Assembly: GCA_021801565.1 (NCBI GenBank)
Contig: JAJYXV010000015.1
Location: 91,168-155,167 of the forward strand
Direction: 5' to 3'
DNA length: 64,000 bases
From: a bacterium
GTDB lineage: Bacteria; Patescibacteriota; Minisyncoccia; UBA6257; GWB1-50-10
The position numbers were made by a program, and so were the translations under genes. Shown here piece after piece: positions 29,472-39,570 of the stretch; within the stretch, counting starts at the first letter, position 1, and each line of letters begins with the position of its first letter. Below the pieces are notes generated by a model. It searched no databases and had not been told where the DNA came from. It saw only the letters and a list, made by a program, of their open reading frames with translations.

Positions 29472-29909
29472 TCACACATTCCTTCGTATTTCGCGCTCGG
29501 TTTCCCTTTTTTTGATTACTTCACGTTTATCATATTTTTTTTTGCTTCGTCCGAGCCCCAACTCAATCTTTATCTTTGCGTTCTTGTTATATATCTTTAT
29601 AGGCACAACAGTCAATCCTTTTTCTTTTGTACGTCCGACAAGATGCCGAATTTCTTTTTTATGAAGCAAGAGTTTCCGTGTTCGTTTTGAATCGTATCCC
29701 TCTGGTGTGTTTTGTGGCTGATATGGCGGAATATCGAGATTTACTATCCACATTTCGTTATTTCTTATGATTGCATAACTTCCGGTTGTATTCACGCGCC
29801 CACTCGCAATTGATTTTACTTCAAATCCTCTCAATTCAATACCAGCCTCAAATGTTTCGAGTATTTCATAATCAAACGCAGCCCTTTTGTTCATTGAAAA
29901 TGTTTTCAT
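29472..29909 (-). CDS. smpB: SsrA-binding protein
   Basis: NKRA.FDY, EAGIEL.G.EVKS, RKLLLH, DKR. Confidence 0.97.
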   Translation of the reverse strand: MKTFSMNKRAAFDYEILETFEAGIELRGFEVKSIASGRVNTTGSYAIIRNNEMWIVNLDIPPYQPQNTPEGYDSKRTRKLLLHKKEIRHLVGRTKEKGLTVVPIKIYNKNAKIKIELGLGRSKKKYDKREVIKKRETEREIRRNV

Positions 29910-29991
29910 CTAATATGTTTACGGTAACATAAAAATACGGAATATAAAGATTTGCCGAAGAATTTTTTTATTGTACAGTTAACATATAGAG

Positions 29992-31599
29992 ATGATAAAA
30001 GAGGAGATATTTGAATTAGTAAAAAATATAATTCCAGCCGGTACCCCGTTTGATGTGGAATTTCAAGAAGAAGGGAAGTTTGGCCACTATTCAACAAGTG
30101 TGGCATTTGCGCTTGCAAAAAAAGAAAAAAAATCTCCTGAGATTGTTGCAAAAGAAATTATTGAAACACTTCAAAAAAATGAACTATTTGAGAAGATTGA
30201 AATTGCCGCGGGGGGATTTATTAATTTTTGGGTTTCAAAAAAGACGTTATATGAAGAATTGAAAGACATATTGGAAAGAAAAAATACATATGGACAGAAT
30301 GAAAAAGGGAGGGAGAAGAAAATAAGAATTGAATATGTTTCAGCAAACCCAACGGGCCCGATTCATATTGGAAATGCTCGCGGAGGTCCTTACGGAGAAA
30401 GTCTTGCACGTGTGTACGAAGAAAGTGGGTATGAAGTGCTCCGCGAATATCTCCATAATGATGTGGGGGGACAAATTGAAAAATTAGGCGAAACACTGTG
30501 GTATTGGTATGAAAAAAAAGTTGGAAGAGAAACAGCGTTTCCGGAGGGTGGATATCAGGGAGAATACCTTGAAGAGGTAGTAACTGCGGCACTTAAAAAA
30601 TTTAAAAATAAAGAGGATATCACCATTCAAACACTTACAAAGTTTGGGCTTGATTATATATTCGAGAACAACATGAACGTTTTAAGAAGAATGGGAATTC
30701 TTTTTGATCTCATTCGAAAGGAGAGTGAACTTATTTCTTCCGGAAAGACACAAGAAGCGATCGATGTCACAAAGAGAATGGGTGCCACAAAAGAGCACGA
30801 AGGGGCGCTATGGTTCGTTCCCAGAGATGAATTTCTAGAGGATAGAGAAGCGGTTATTGTAAAAAGCAATGGAAAACCAACATATTTTGCCTCTGATATT
30901 GCATATCATAAGGAAAAATTTGAGTCAGGATATGATCTAGTGATTGATATATTCGGGAGTAATCACCACGGGCACGTGCCGAAACTTCAGGCGCTTACAA
31001 AATTGTTTCACTTTGATTCAGATGCATTTAAAGTACTCCTTTATCAATTTGTGCGGGTAAAGCGGGGAAGTGAGGTAATAAAAATGTCAAAACGTGCGGG
31101 GACATACGTGACTGCAGAGGAGCTTCTTGATGAAGTAGGAAAAGATAATATGATATTTTCCCTTCTTTCGAGTGCACCAACAACACACATTGATTTTGAT
31201 CTAGATGCAGTAAAGCAAAAATCAATGCAGAACCCCGTATATTATACGCAGTATGCATATGTGCGAGCAAAAAGCATTGGTGCGAAGACCGGGGTATTTG
31301 TATTGAATTCGGATACCAATCTTGAATTTCTCAGCACAGACGAAGATTTATTTCTTATAAGAAAACTAGCGCAATTTCCTGATATAATCGACGCATGCGT
31401 AAATGATTTTGAAGTACATCGACTCACGCGGTATGCGACTGAGCTGGCCCGGGCGTTTCATAATTTTTATGAAAAAGAACGCGTAATTGGGGAGGATGAA
31501 AAAGTGTTTCAAGCGAGAATTTTTCTTATTGAGGCGGTAAAAATAGTGTTTGAAAATCTCTTTAGAATTATTGGTATTAGTACTCCTGAAAGTATGTAA
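29992..31599 (+). CDS. argS: Arginine--tRNA ligase
   Basis: SANPTGPIHIGNAR, KMSKRAG, YYTQYAY. Confidence 0.97.
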   Translation: MIKEEIFELVKNIIPAGTPFDVEFQEEGKFGHYSTSVAFALAKKEKKSPEIVAKEIIETLQKNELFEKIEIAAGGFINFWVSKKTLYEELKDILERKNTYGQNEKGREKKIRIEYVSANPTGPIHIGNARGGPYGESLARVYEESGYEVLREYLHNDVGGQIEKLGETLWYWYEKKVGRETAFPEGGYQGEYLEEVVTAALKKFKNKEDITIQTLTKFGLDYIFENNMNVLRRMGILFDLIRKESELISSGKTQEAIDVTKRMGATKEHEGALWFVPRDEFLEDREAVIVKSNGKPTYFASDIAYHKEKFESGYDLVIDIFGSNHHGHVPKLQALTKLFHFDSDAFKVLLYQFVRVKRGSEVIKMSKRAGTYVTAEELLDEVGKDNMIFSLLSSAPTTHIDFDLDAVKQKSMQNPVYYTQYAYVRAKSIGAKTGVFVLNSDTNLEFLSTDEDLFLIRKLAQFPDIIDACVNDFEVHRLTRYATELARAFHNFYEKERVIGEDEKVFQARIFLIEAVKIVFENLFRIIGISTPESM

Positions 31600-31629
31600 A
31601 AAATTTCCACATTAATGTGGAAATTTTTT
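31598..31629. terminator. Palindromic terminator between convergent genes
   Basis: AAAAAATTTCCACATTAATGTGGAAATTTTTT. Confidence 0.7.
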
Positions 31630-31652
31630 ATAGCCTCCTAGTTTCTCAGTAT

Positions 31653-32057
31653 TCATGGAGTTATCGCTGGTGGTGCACGTCGCGCGCCCTTTTTCTTCAT
31701 TTCTCCATTTGGTGTGCCGGACTGTTCTTTATCATTTGTTATTTTTACTTTTTTAAGTGTAGCATTCACTTTATTTGTTTTCTTTTGCTTCGTTGTTTTT
31801 GCAAAAGGAATTGTTTTTTTAGTTCCCAGAGTAGTAGTTGTACTCTTTTTTCCCTTCTTTATTTTTTTTAATGTACTGTTTGTGTTTAGCGTTTTTTCTG
31901 CCGTCGCATTTATTTTTTCCAGTTTTATATTCGTTTCAGTTGGATCTCCTTGAGATGCATATGCGGGTGCAGAGAGCGTGACAAGACTTGCGGTAACAAA
32001 CGATATTCCTATTCCTAGCGCGATTTTATTTTTCATACATTCAGTTCTGTTTCTCAT
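31653..32057 (-). CDS. Hypothetical secreted Lys/Thr-rich protein
   Basis: Signal peptide (...APAYA) followed by a very basic low-complexity region; third gene of the ECF operon. Confidence 0.65.
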   Translation of the reverse strand: MRNRTECMKNKIALGIGISFVTASLVTLSAPAYASQGDPTETNIKLEKINATAEKTLNTNSTLKKIKKGKKSTTTTLGTKKTIPFAKTTKQKKTNKVNATLKKVKITNDKEQSGTPNGEMKKKGARRAPPAITP

Positions 32058-32106
32058 CGACCTTTCATTCTATGGTACGTGCCAAAATCTTATTTTCTTT
32101 CACCTA

Positions 32107-32817
32107 TTATTTCCTCATTCTTTGTGCTTTTTCTTTCCAATCGTTTATTTCTTCGGCGGAGAATGTACTATCTTCGTTTTTTGTGCCAAATATCTTTATT
32201 TTTCTATTCATTGTATCTGTTGCGACACCATTCCAAATAGTGCCTGACGTATATACCTCCCACACCCCCCCATTCCAGTCAGTGAGTTCAAATTTTCCTT
32301 CGTCTCTCTTTGTGATTTTTCCTGAAATGAGACCCCTTTCTGGATGAGACCAGATATCTTTTTTGTCGTATATAAAATCTTCATAAAAAGGGATGTTATT
32401 TGATGCAAGTTCATGAACTGTTTCTCCTACCCCTAAAAAATGTCCGATTCCTCCCAATGCAACACTCAGTAATATTGCACCCCCGATTATAAAATGCGGC
32501 ATATACCGATAACCTGTTTTTGTATTTTTGAATTCAATGTATATAACAAGAGAGAGAATAATAAGGAGAATAATCCAAAAATAAGGGAGACTTATTATTA
32601 AAAATTCAAAAAATGTTTTTCCCACCATTTCATACATTTCCCAGTCATGATCGGTAAGCGAAAAAAATATGACTCCCGATGCGGCACCGCCGATAAGCAC
32701 GGTACTTCCAAGAAGAACCCATAATCCGATATGTTCAACAACAAAAAGCCATTTTGGTTTTTTTGTTATCTCCCCGCTTTTTATTTTTTCGATGATATTT
32801 TTATCTATATCGTTCAT
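32107..32817 (-). CDS. Membrane protein, putative anti-sigma partner
   Basis: Three TM segments and a C-terminal beta-rich domain; ATGA overlap with the sigma gene. Confidence 0.65.
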   Translation of the reverse strand: MNDIDKNIIEKIKSGEITKKPKWLFVVEHIGLWVLLGSTVLIGGAASGVIFFSLTDHDWEMYEMVGKTFFEFLIISLPYFWIILLIILSLVIYIEFKNTKTGYRYMPHFIIGGAILLSVALGGIGHFLGVGETVHELASNNIPFYEDFIYDKKDIWSHPERGLISGKITKRDEGKFELTDWNGGVWEVYTSGTIWNGVATDTMNRKIKIFGTKNEDSTFSAEEINDWKEKAQRMRK

Positions 32818-33434
32818 AGTTCTGTGTGTATGCTTTTTTCTACGACTATATTTTTAAATTTTTCTTTTGCTCGTTTAATAAGCACAGAAATCGTTCCAAT
32901 GGGCTTTTGGAGAATATCAGATATTTCTTCATAATCCCTTTCTTCTAAAAATCTTAATACTAGTACATCGCGATATTTTTTGTCGAGCGCGCCAAGTGCT
33001 TCCATGATATGTTCGTGTATTATTTTTTTATCAAGTTCTTTTTCTATATCGGTATCTGCAGCAATCTTTTCTGCGAGTGTTCCCTCTTCGTTTTCTTCTT
33101 GGTATGTAAATGACGAAAATGGAATTGTTTTTACTTTTCGTAGATAACTTATGGTTTCATTGTGCGCAATGCGGTATATCCATGAAGAAAATTTTAAAGA
33201 AGTATCGAAATCATTTAAATTTTTATATGCCTTGATAAATGTTTCTTGGAGTATTTCTTCCATGTCTTCATTGGAAAGAGAGCTAATTCTTTTTATATAT
33301 CGCGCGAGCTTTTGCTTATATCGATCAATAAGAAGTGCATACACATCGTCGCGTTTCAACGTTTCGAGAACAAGATCCTCATCCGCCTTTCCTTTATATA
33401 TTTCCGCATTCACTATTTTATGTAATACGTCCAT
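32814..33434 (-). CDS. ECF sigma factor
   Basis: QETFIKAY, FSSWIYRIAHN, region 4 YEEISDIL..PIGT. Confidence 0.92.
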   Translation of the reverse strand: MDVLHKIVNAEIYKGKADEDLVLETLKRDDVYALLIDRYKQKLARYIKRISSLSNEDMEEILQETFIKAYKNLNDFDTSLKFSSWIYRIAHNETISYLRKVKTIPFSSFTYQEENEEGTLAEKIAADTDIEKELDKKIIHEHIMEALGALDKKYRDVLVLRFLEERDYEEISDILQKPIGTISVLIKRAKEKFKNIVVEKSIHTEL

Positions 33435-33538
33435 ATGCCACTATTTCTTTCGGTTTTATATATGCATTATTATACAAATACAGTAATAGTCCATATAAAT
33501 TTTGTAAAAATCCGTTTTTTTGTTTAAAATTGATAAAT

Positions 33539-36500
33539 ATGCTGAGACGAACAGATAAATTTTTACTTCCCGATATTGAGGAAAAAGTTCTTGATTTTTG
33601 GGATAAACATGATGTTTTTGCCCGTTCACTTACAAAAAATAAAGGAAAAAAATTCATTTTTTACGAAGGACCTCCGACCGCGAACGGAAAACCAGGAATT
33701 CATCATATACTTTCGCGTTCTTTTAAAGACGTGATATTGCGCTATAAAACAATGCGTGGATATGTCGTTCCAAGAAAGGGGGGGTGGGATGTTCATGGGT
33801 TGCCTGTCGAGCTCGAGGTGGAAAAACAACTTGGTTTTTCTTCGAAGAAAGAAATTGAAAAGTTTGGTATTGCTGAATTCAATCAGAAATGTAAAGAATC
33901 GGTTTGGAAATATAAAGATGAGTGGGAAAAGATTACTAGGCGAATGGGATTTTGGCTTGATCTGAAAAATCCATACATTCCATATCAGAATTCATATATA
34001 GAGACCTTGTGGTGGATTTTAAAATCAATTGGAGAAAAAAAATTACTTTACCAAGGACACAAAATTGTTCCATGGTGTGCGCGGTGTGGCACGGGGCTTT
34101 CTTCACATGAGTTGGCACTTGGTTATCGTGAGGTGGAAGAAAATTCTGTGTATATAAAATTTCATCTCTTGCCAAACCAAAAGTTCGGAAAATCGGGGAA
34201 ATATAAAACAAAAGAAAATGCCTATATATTATCTTGGACCACGACTCCTTGGACACTTCCTGGAAATGTCGCTCTTGCAGTCGGAAAAAATATAACCTAT
34301 GTAGGCGTGCGAATTGATGGTGAAAAAGATCTTTTTATTCTTGGTGAAGACACGGTAGATAAGGTTCTTGCTGGACATGCTATAGAAAAAGTTCACACTC
34401 TCACAGGAAGCGATCTTATTGGTCTAGAATATAAACCACTTTTTAATGTTTCTACGATAAAAAAAATAGATAAGAAAGAAAAGGCATATAAAGTTTACTC
34501 CGCGGATTTTGTAACCACCACAGACGGAACCGGCGTAGTGCACACCGCTGTTATGTATGGAGAAGATGATTATGTTTTGGGGAAACAAATCGGATTGCCG
34601 GAATATCACACAGTGAATGAACAGGGAAAGTTTGTTGAGGGGATTGAGGAACTTTCCGGATTATCTGCGAAAGACACGAAAACAGATGACAAAATATTTG
34701 AATTGTTAAAAAAGAAAAAATTTTTCCTTCGAACGGAGAAATATAAACACGAATATCCGTTTTGCTGGCGTTGTGATTCTCCGCTTCTCTACTATGCAAG
34801 AAGTTCGTGGTTTATTGCAATGAGTAAATTGAGAGATGTGCTTATTGCGGAGAATAAAAAAATAAATTGGGTTCCTGGACACTTGAGAGATGGAAGGTTT
34901 GGAGAATGGATACGTGAGGCGAAAGATTGGGCTATATCACGTGAGCGATACTGGGGCACACCACTTCCGGTCTGGAAATGTAGTTCTTGTGGATCAGAAA
35001 AAATCGTGGGAAGTATAGATGAATTCAAGGAGGCACTTGGAGGCGGAACAAACCGTTATGTTTTTATGCGGCACGGTCAGGCAGAGAACAACACAAAACA
35101 TTTGCTGAATTGTTGGCCCGAACCAGTAAAATTATCCCTTACCCTTCAAGGAAGAACACAGGTTGAAAAAACTGCACGTACGTTGAGAAAAGAAAAAATA
35201 GATATGATTTTTGCCTCAGACATAACACGAACGAAACAAACCGCGGAGATAGTAAAAGAAGTTATTGGATTTAAAGATAAAATTATGTTTGATGCGCGGC
35301 TCCGGGAGTTTGATTTTGGCGATTTTAACGGGAAAAAATATGAATTGTATCAGCCATATTATAGTTCTCGTTTGGAGAAATTCACGAAGCGGACGCCAAA
35401 TGGAGAAAATCATACCGACCTAAGAAGGCGTTTGTTTGAATTTCTTGTCGAAATAGAGAAGAAATACAAAAACAAAACAATTCTTGTAGTAACTCACGAT
35501 GGACCAGTCTATATGCTCCACTCAATTATAAATGGATGGTCGACAGAGGACCAATTGATTGAAAAAGAAAAAAGAGGGTATGACTATATTAAAAACGGAG
35601 GGATCGAAAGAGGAATTATGAAAAATGTTCCGCGTGATACCACGGGATCATTTGACCTTCATCGTCCGTTTATTGATGAGTTTCAATTCATTTGTAAAAA
35701 ATGCAAGGGAATAATGAAACGAGTTCCTGAGGTGGTTGATGTGTGGTTTGATTCTGGGGCAATGCCATTTGCACAATCACACTATCCATTTGAAGGGAAA
35801 AATAAACTTGCATATCCGGCCGATTATATTTCTGAAGGAATCGATCAAACACGCGGATGGTTTTATACACTCCTTGCGGTTGGGGTGCTTACGGGAAAAG
35901 GAACTCCGTTCAAAAATGTTATTTCTTCTGGTCTCATTCTTGATAAAAACGGACAAAAGATGTCGAAATCAAAAGGAAACATCGTTAATCCGTGGGATAT
36001 AATAAAGAAACACGGAATAGATGTGGCACGGTGGTATTTTTATACCACGAATCCACCAGGAGAATCAAAACGCTTCGACGAAATGGAACTCGGGAAAATA
36101 TCGCGCCAGCTTTTTCTACTCCTTTATAATTCATTTGTATTTTTTGATTTATACGGTGCAAAAATAAAAAACAAAACACTTCCTACCTCTCTTCCGCTTC
36201 TTGATAGGTGGATATTGGGAAGACTTACAGAGACAATCGAAAAAGTAACAAAGGGATTTGAAACATATGATATTGGAAGCGCGGGAAAGGCGATTGAATT
36301 GCTTGTTGACGATCTTTCGAGATGGTATATTCGTCGCTCAAGAAAGAGATTTCAAAAACCAGAAAACAAGAAAGATTATGAAACAGCAACCCGTGTTCTA
36401 GGGTTTGTACTTACTGAAATAAGCAAACTTATGGCGCCCTTCACTCCATTTTTTGCGGAGGCATTGTATCAATCACTTATTGGTAAAAAACTTTCTGTGC

Positions 36501-37054
36501 ATTTGGATGAGTGGCCAACCGCGAATAAAAAATTTATTGATAAAGATATGTTTACTCGCATGAACGAGGTGCGTACTATAGCAAGTCTTGCTCTTGCAAA
36601 ACGTGCAGAATTGGGAATTAAAGTACGTCAACCGCTTGCGTCAATTACGTTACCCGCAAAAACATCAGTGTTGAAAGGAGAGCATACGTATCTTGATATT
36701 TTGAAAGATGAGATAAATGTGAAAAATGTAATTTTCTCTAGCCAAACAAAAGAGCAGATGACGCTAGACACAGTAATTACACACGAATTAAAAGAAGAGG
36801 GATGGTTGAGAGAGCTTACGCGGGCTATCCAGGATTTGCGCCAGGATGCAAAACTACAACCGAAGGATATAATTGAGTTGTATATTGAAACATCGGAAGA
36901 ACTCAATTTTGTAGTAACAAAATGGAATAATGAACTGAAAAAATCGGTGAATGCAAAAAATATTCTGTTTTCTAAGCCGAAGGTATTTCATGCAGAAATA
37001 GAAACAAAAATTGATGAATGGCCGATAAAGTTTGCTATAAAGAAAAATAAATAA
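33539..37054 (+). CDS. ileS: Isoleucine--tRNA ligase (type 2) with inserted histidine-phosphatase domain
   Basis: EGPPTANG.PGIHH, WTTTPWT, GTGVVH, QTRGWF, KMSKS; RHG...THDG insert at about 35050-35640. Confidence 0.96.
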   Translation: MLRRTDKFLLPDIEEKVLDFWDKHDVFARSLTKNKGKKFIFYEGPPTANGKPGIHHILSRSFKDVILRYKTMRGYVVPRKGGWDVHGLPVELEVEKQLGFSSKKEIEKFGIAEFNQKCKESVWKYKDEWEKITRRMGFWLDLKNPYIPYQNSYIETLWWILKSIGEKKLLYQGHKIVPWCARCGTGLSSHELALGYREVEENSVYIKFHLLPNQKFGKSGKYKTKENAYILSWTTTPWTLPGNVALAVGKNITYVGVRIDGEKDLFILGEDTVDKVLAGHAIEKVHTLTGSDLIGLEYKPLFNVSTIKKIDKKEKAYKVYSADFVTTTDGTGVVHTAVMYGEDDYVLGKQIGLPEYHTVNEQGKFVEGIEELSGLSAKDTKTDDKIFELLKKKKFFLRTEKYKHEYPFCWRCDSPLLYYARSSWFIAMSKLRDVLIAENKKINWVPGHLRDGRFGEWIREAKDWAISRERYWGTPLPVWKCSSCGSEKIVGSIDEFKEALGGGTNRYVFMRHGQAENNTKHLLNCWPEPVKLSLTLQGRTQVEKTARTLRKEKIDMIFASDITRTKQTAEIVKEVIGFKDKIMFDARLREFDFGDFNGKKYELYQPYYSSRLEKFTKRTPNGENHTDLRRRLFEFLVEIEKKYKNKTILVVTHDGPVYMLHSIINGWSTEDQLIEKEKRGYDYIKNGGIERGIMKNVPRDTTGSFDLHRPFIDEFQFICKKCKGIMKRVPEVVDVWFDSGAMPFAQSHYPFEGKNKLAYPADYISEGIDQTRGWFYTLLAVGVLTGKGTPFKNVISSGLILDKNGQKMSKSKGNIVNPWDIIKKHGIDVARWYFYTTNPPGESKRFDEMELGKISRQLFLLLYNSFVFFDLYGAKIKNKTLPTSLPLLDRWILGRLTETIEKVTKGFETYDIGSAGKAIELLVDDLSRWYIRRSRKRFQKPENKKDYETATRVLGFVLTEISKLMAPFTPFFAEALYQSLIGKKLSVHLDEWPTANKKFIDKDMFTRMNEVRTIASLALAKRAELGIKVRQPLASITLPAKTSVLKGEHTYLDILKDEINVKNVIFSSQTKEQMTLDTVITHELKEEGWLRELTRAIQDLRQDAKLQPKDIIELYIETSEELNFVVTKWNNELKKSVNAKNILFSKPKVFHAEIETKIDEWPIKFAIKKNK

Positions 37055-37062
37055 TATAAATT

Positions 37063-37716
37063 ATGTTTTTAGAGTCACCAATAACCGATGGAAAAAAATT
37101 AGATATAAACGAATTACGAGGGATCATAACAGAAATAGATAAAGAAGAAAGAGAAAATGCGGGAGAAAAAAAATTTTCAGCCGAAATGACAAAACGCGCG
37201 TTCGAGGCATTATGTGATGCATTTAAATCAGTGGGAGCGGAGGAGTTTGGGAATATTCAAGAGTTGTACAATAAAATTCCAAATAAGACGCTTGTGAGGC
37301 GTGAGGACCCAAAGAAACTATTCGATCTTATTGCAGATAAAAAAGATATTAACCTCAATTTTGATCAAGAAATTGTTGGAGAAAAAGGTGATGCATATGC
37401 AAATTGTGCAGAGTATATGGGTGGCAAGGGTTTGGTGAATGCATTTAATGAAGGGTGGAGCCATTTAGGTGGTGTTACTACGGTTATGGGTTTTGGGAAT
37501 GGTGATGATTATACAGTAGAAATTCCAGAAGATTCCATGGTAAAAATTGGAGATTTAGACAGACAATGCGTAAGAATCGTGAAGGGGACAATACATGACA
37601 AAAACGTAAAATTTGTCGTGATACGCGCCCCACAAAAATTTATCGACCCAGTTTCGACGGATTTAGAGAAAAAGAAATTTGTGTTCCGCGGGTATCTGTT
37701 TAACAACATAAACTAG
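37063..37716 (+). CDS. Hypothetical protein
   Basis: 217-aa ORF 8 nt after ileS with protein-like composition; no family recognised. Confidence 0.7.
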   Translation: MFLESPITDGKKLDINELRGIITEIDKEERENAGEKKFSAEMTKRAFEALCDAFKSVGAEEFGNIQELYNKIPNKTLVRREDPKKLFDLIADKKDINLNFDQEIVGEKGDAYANCAEYMGGKGLVNAFNEGWSHLGGVTTVMGFGNGDDYTVEIPEDSMVKIGDLDRQCVRIVKGTIHDKNVKFVVIRAPQKFIDPVSTDLEKKKFVFRGYLFNNIN

Positions 37717-37769
37717 AACATAAAGAGCAAAACACAGAAAAAGGCGTCATAATAATGACGCCTCTATTT

Positions 37770-38327
37770 TCACATTTTTTTTACTGCAAGAACAAAATAC
37801 TCCAAGAACGTTTCAAATCCAAGTAATGTTCCTTCGGTGATATGTTCCACTTCATTTTCTGAAAGAGAAGTAGGATTTCCAGTTTTTTCACACACAATTC
37901 TTTCTATTATTTCTTTCCATGTGCTCCTCGCCCTTTCTAAAAATACATCCCACGATTCTTTTAAAAAGATTGGTGCTATCTTTTTGTATGCGCCAAAAAA
38001 CTCATTTTTTACAGATATATTATTCCTCTCTCCATTTTCTTTTTTTTGACACCGTACACACCTAATTGCACCGGGAATTGCTTTTAATCGTTCAGTTGGT
38101 ATTTCTTGGCGACAATTGATGCAAATCCCATAACACCCCGTATCTATTTGTCTCAGGGCGATAATCAGATTTGGAACCACATTGCGTATTTTGTGGTCCT
38201 CGTATGGCGACAGAACAGTTTTAGAAAAGAATGGTTTGTATTTTTCCAATCTTCTTTCAATTCGCTTTTTTTGTTGCGAAATAAACTCAGAATTTTTTTC
38301 TCTTTCGCCAATATTTTCAATGAACAC
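37770..38327 (-). CDS. TraR/DksA C4 zinc-finger protein with C-terminal extension
   Basis: ALRQI..G.YGICINC.QEIP.ERLKAIP.A.RCVRCQ; promoter TTGACA-17-TATAAT (38384-38356). Confidence 0.8.
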   Translation of the reverse strand: MFIENIGEREKNSEFISQQKKRIERRLEKYKPFFSKTVLSPYEDHKIRNVVPNLIIALRQIDTGCYGICINCRQEIPTERLKAIPGAIRCVRCQKKENGERNNISVKNEFFGAYKKIAPIFLKESWDVFLERARSTWKEIIERIVCEKTGNPTSLSENEVEHITEGTLLGFETFLEYFVLAVKKM

Positions 38328-38380
38328 TCAACCTCCATTTTTTGTGAGTGTAGCTATTATAATATACTTATTATTTTATG

Positions 38381-39373
38381 TCAAATACTATGAATCAATC
38401 CAATTTTTTCTTTTATCTCCTGCATTTTTTTTGCTGCGATCATCTTTGCCTTTTTATTTCCTTTCTCAGTTTCCTTTAATATTCGAGAGAGTTTTTCCTT
38501 TAATTCGGTTTTTTTCTTTTGAAATGGGGCAAGTCCCTCAATCACTACTTCAGCGAGGTCCGATTTAAATTCTCCATATCTCTTCCCAATATATAATTTC
38601 TCGATTTGTTTTATGGTCTTTCCGCTGAATGCCGAATAAATAAGAAGAAGGTTTGAAATTGCGGGTTTCTCTTTTTCGCCGAATCGTACTTCGCTTCCCG
38701 AGTCGGTGACCGCACGCTTTATTTTTTTACGAATTACTTCGGGTTCGTCGTCCAAAAAGAGACATCCCTCGGGGCGTGATTTAGACATTTTCTTTTCTGG
38801 ATCATCCAAACTCATAAGGCGAGGGATCTCGGTATGAAGCGCCTGGGGCTCTATAAATGTTTTTCCAAATTTTGTATTGAATTTTCTCGCGAGTGTACGT
38901 GTTAGTTCCAGGTGTTGGTCCTGATCGTTTCCAACGGGAACGAATTTTGCATCATAAAGAAGAATATCAGAGGTCATAAGAACTGGATAATTAAAAAGTC
39001 CAACATTTACATTTTGTACTGCCGATTCAGACTTATCCTTAAATTGTGTCATACGCGACAATTCTCCAATCGGCGTTATTGTATTTAAAATCCATGCGAG
39101 TTCCGAGTGTTCCGATATTTCAGATTGTACGAATAGAGTAGATTTTTTTGAATCTAAACCCGCGGCGAGAAATGAGAGGAGAACATCGTCAATTTGTGCT
39201 CTTTTTTCTTTTGGATCAAAGTTTTCAGTGAGTGAATGAAGGTCTGCGACAAAGAAAAAACATTCATATTTTCCTGAATCTTGTAGTTCCACAAAATTTT
39301 TGAGCGCCCCGAGATAGTTTCCGATATGGAGTTTTCCCGTAGGTTGTATACCGGAAACAAGAATTGGATTCAT
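38381..39373 (-). CDS. trpS: Tryptophan--tRNA ligase
   Basis: SGIQPTGKLHIGNYLGA, VPVG.DQ, KMSKS. Confidence 0.97.
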   Translation of the reverse strand: MNPILVSGIQPTGKLHIGNYLGALKNFVELQDSGKYECFFFVADLHSLTENFDPKEKRAQIDDVLLSFLAAGLDSKKSTLFVQSEISEHSELAWILNTITPIGELSRMTQFKDKSESAVQNVNVGLFNYPVLMTSDILLYDAKFVPVGNDQDQHLELTRTLARKFNTKFGKTFIEPQALHTEIPRLMSLDDPEKKMSKSRPEGCLFLDDEPEVIRKKIKRAVTDSGSEVRFGEKEKPAISNLLLIYSAFSGKTIKQIEKLYIGKRYGEFKSDLAEVVIEGLAPFQKKKTELKEKLSRILKETEKGNKKAKMIAAKKMQEIKEKIGLIHSI

Positions 39374-39380
39374 GATTTAA

Positions 39381-39408
39381 TAGTAATAAGTAACGAGTAA
39401 TCAGTAAA
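39381..39408. repeat. Degenerate heptamer tandem array (nAGTAAn)
   Basis: TAGTAAT AAGTAAC GAGTAAT CAGTAAA, continuing as TAGTAGG beyond the inserted element. Confidence 0.6.
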
Positions 39409-39509
39409 CCCCGTTAGAGGCCCGTGTATTGTATTCGATCTTTATGCCTGGTAATAAACCCATGGCGCCCATATATGTATAACAACTGAAGATTCATTCT
39501 CTAACGGGG
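39409..39509. mobile_element. CCCCGTTAGA-family MITE-like element (101 bp), TSD TAAA
   Basis: CCCCGTTAGAG...CTCTAACGGGG; TAAA at 39405-39408 and 39510-39513. Confidence 0.8.
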
Positions 39510-39570
39510 TAAATAGTAGGGGATTTATAAAAAGAAGTGCCCTCCGGAGGAGGGCAACAAGAATGGAAGT

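Noticed and set aside
33335-33538. N-terminal extension of ileS
   Set aside because: Overlaps the divergent sigma gene; ATG 33539 follows a -10 box.
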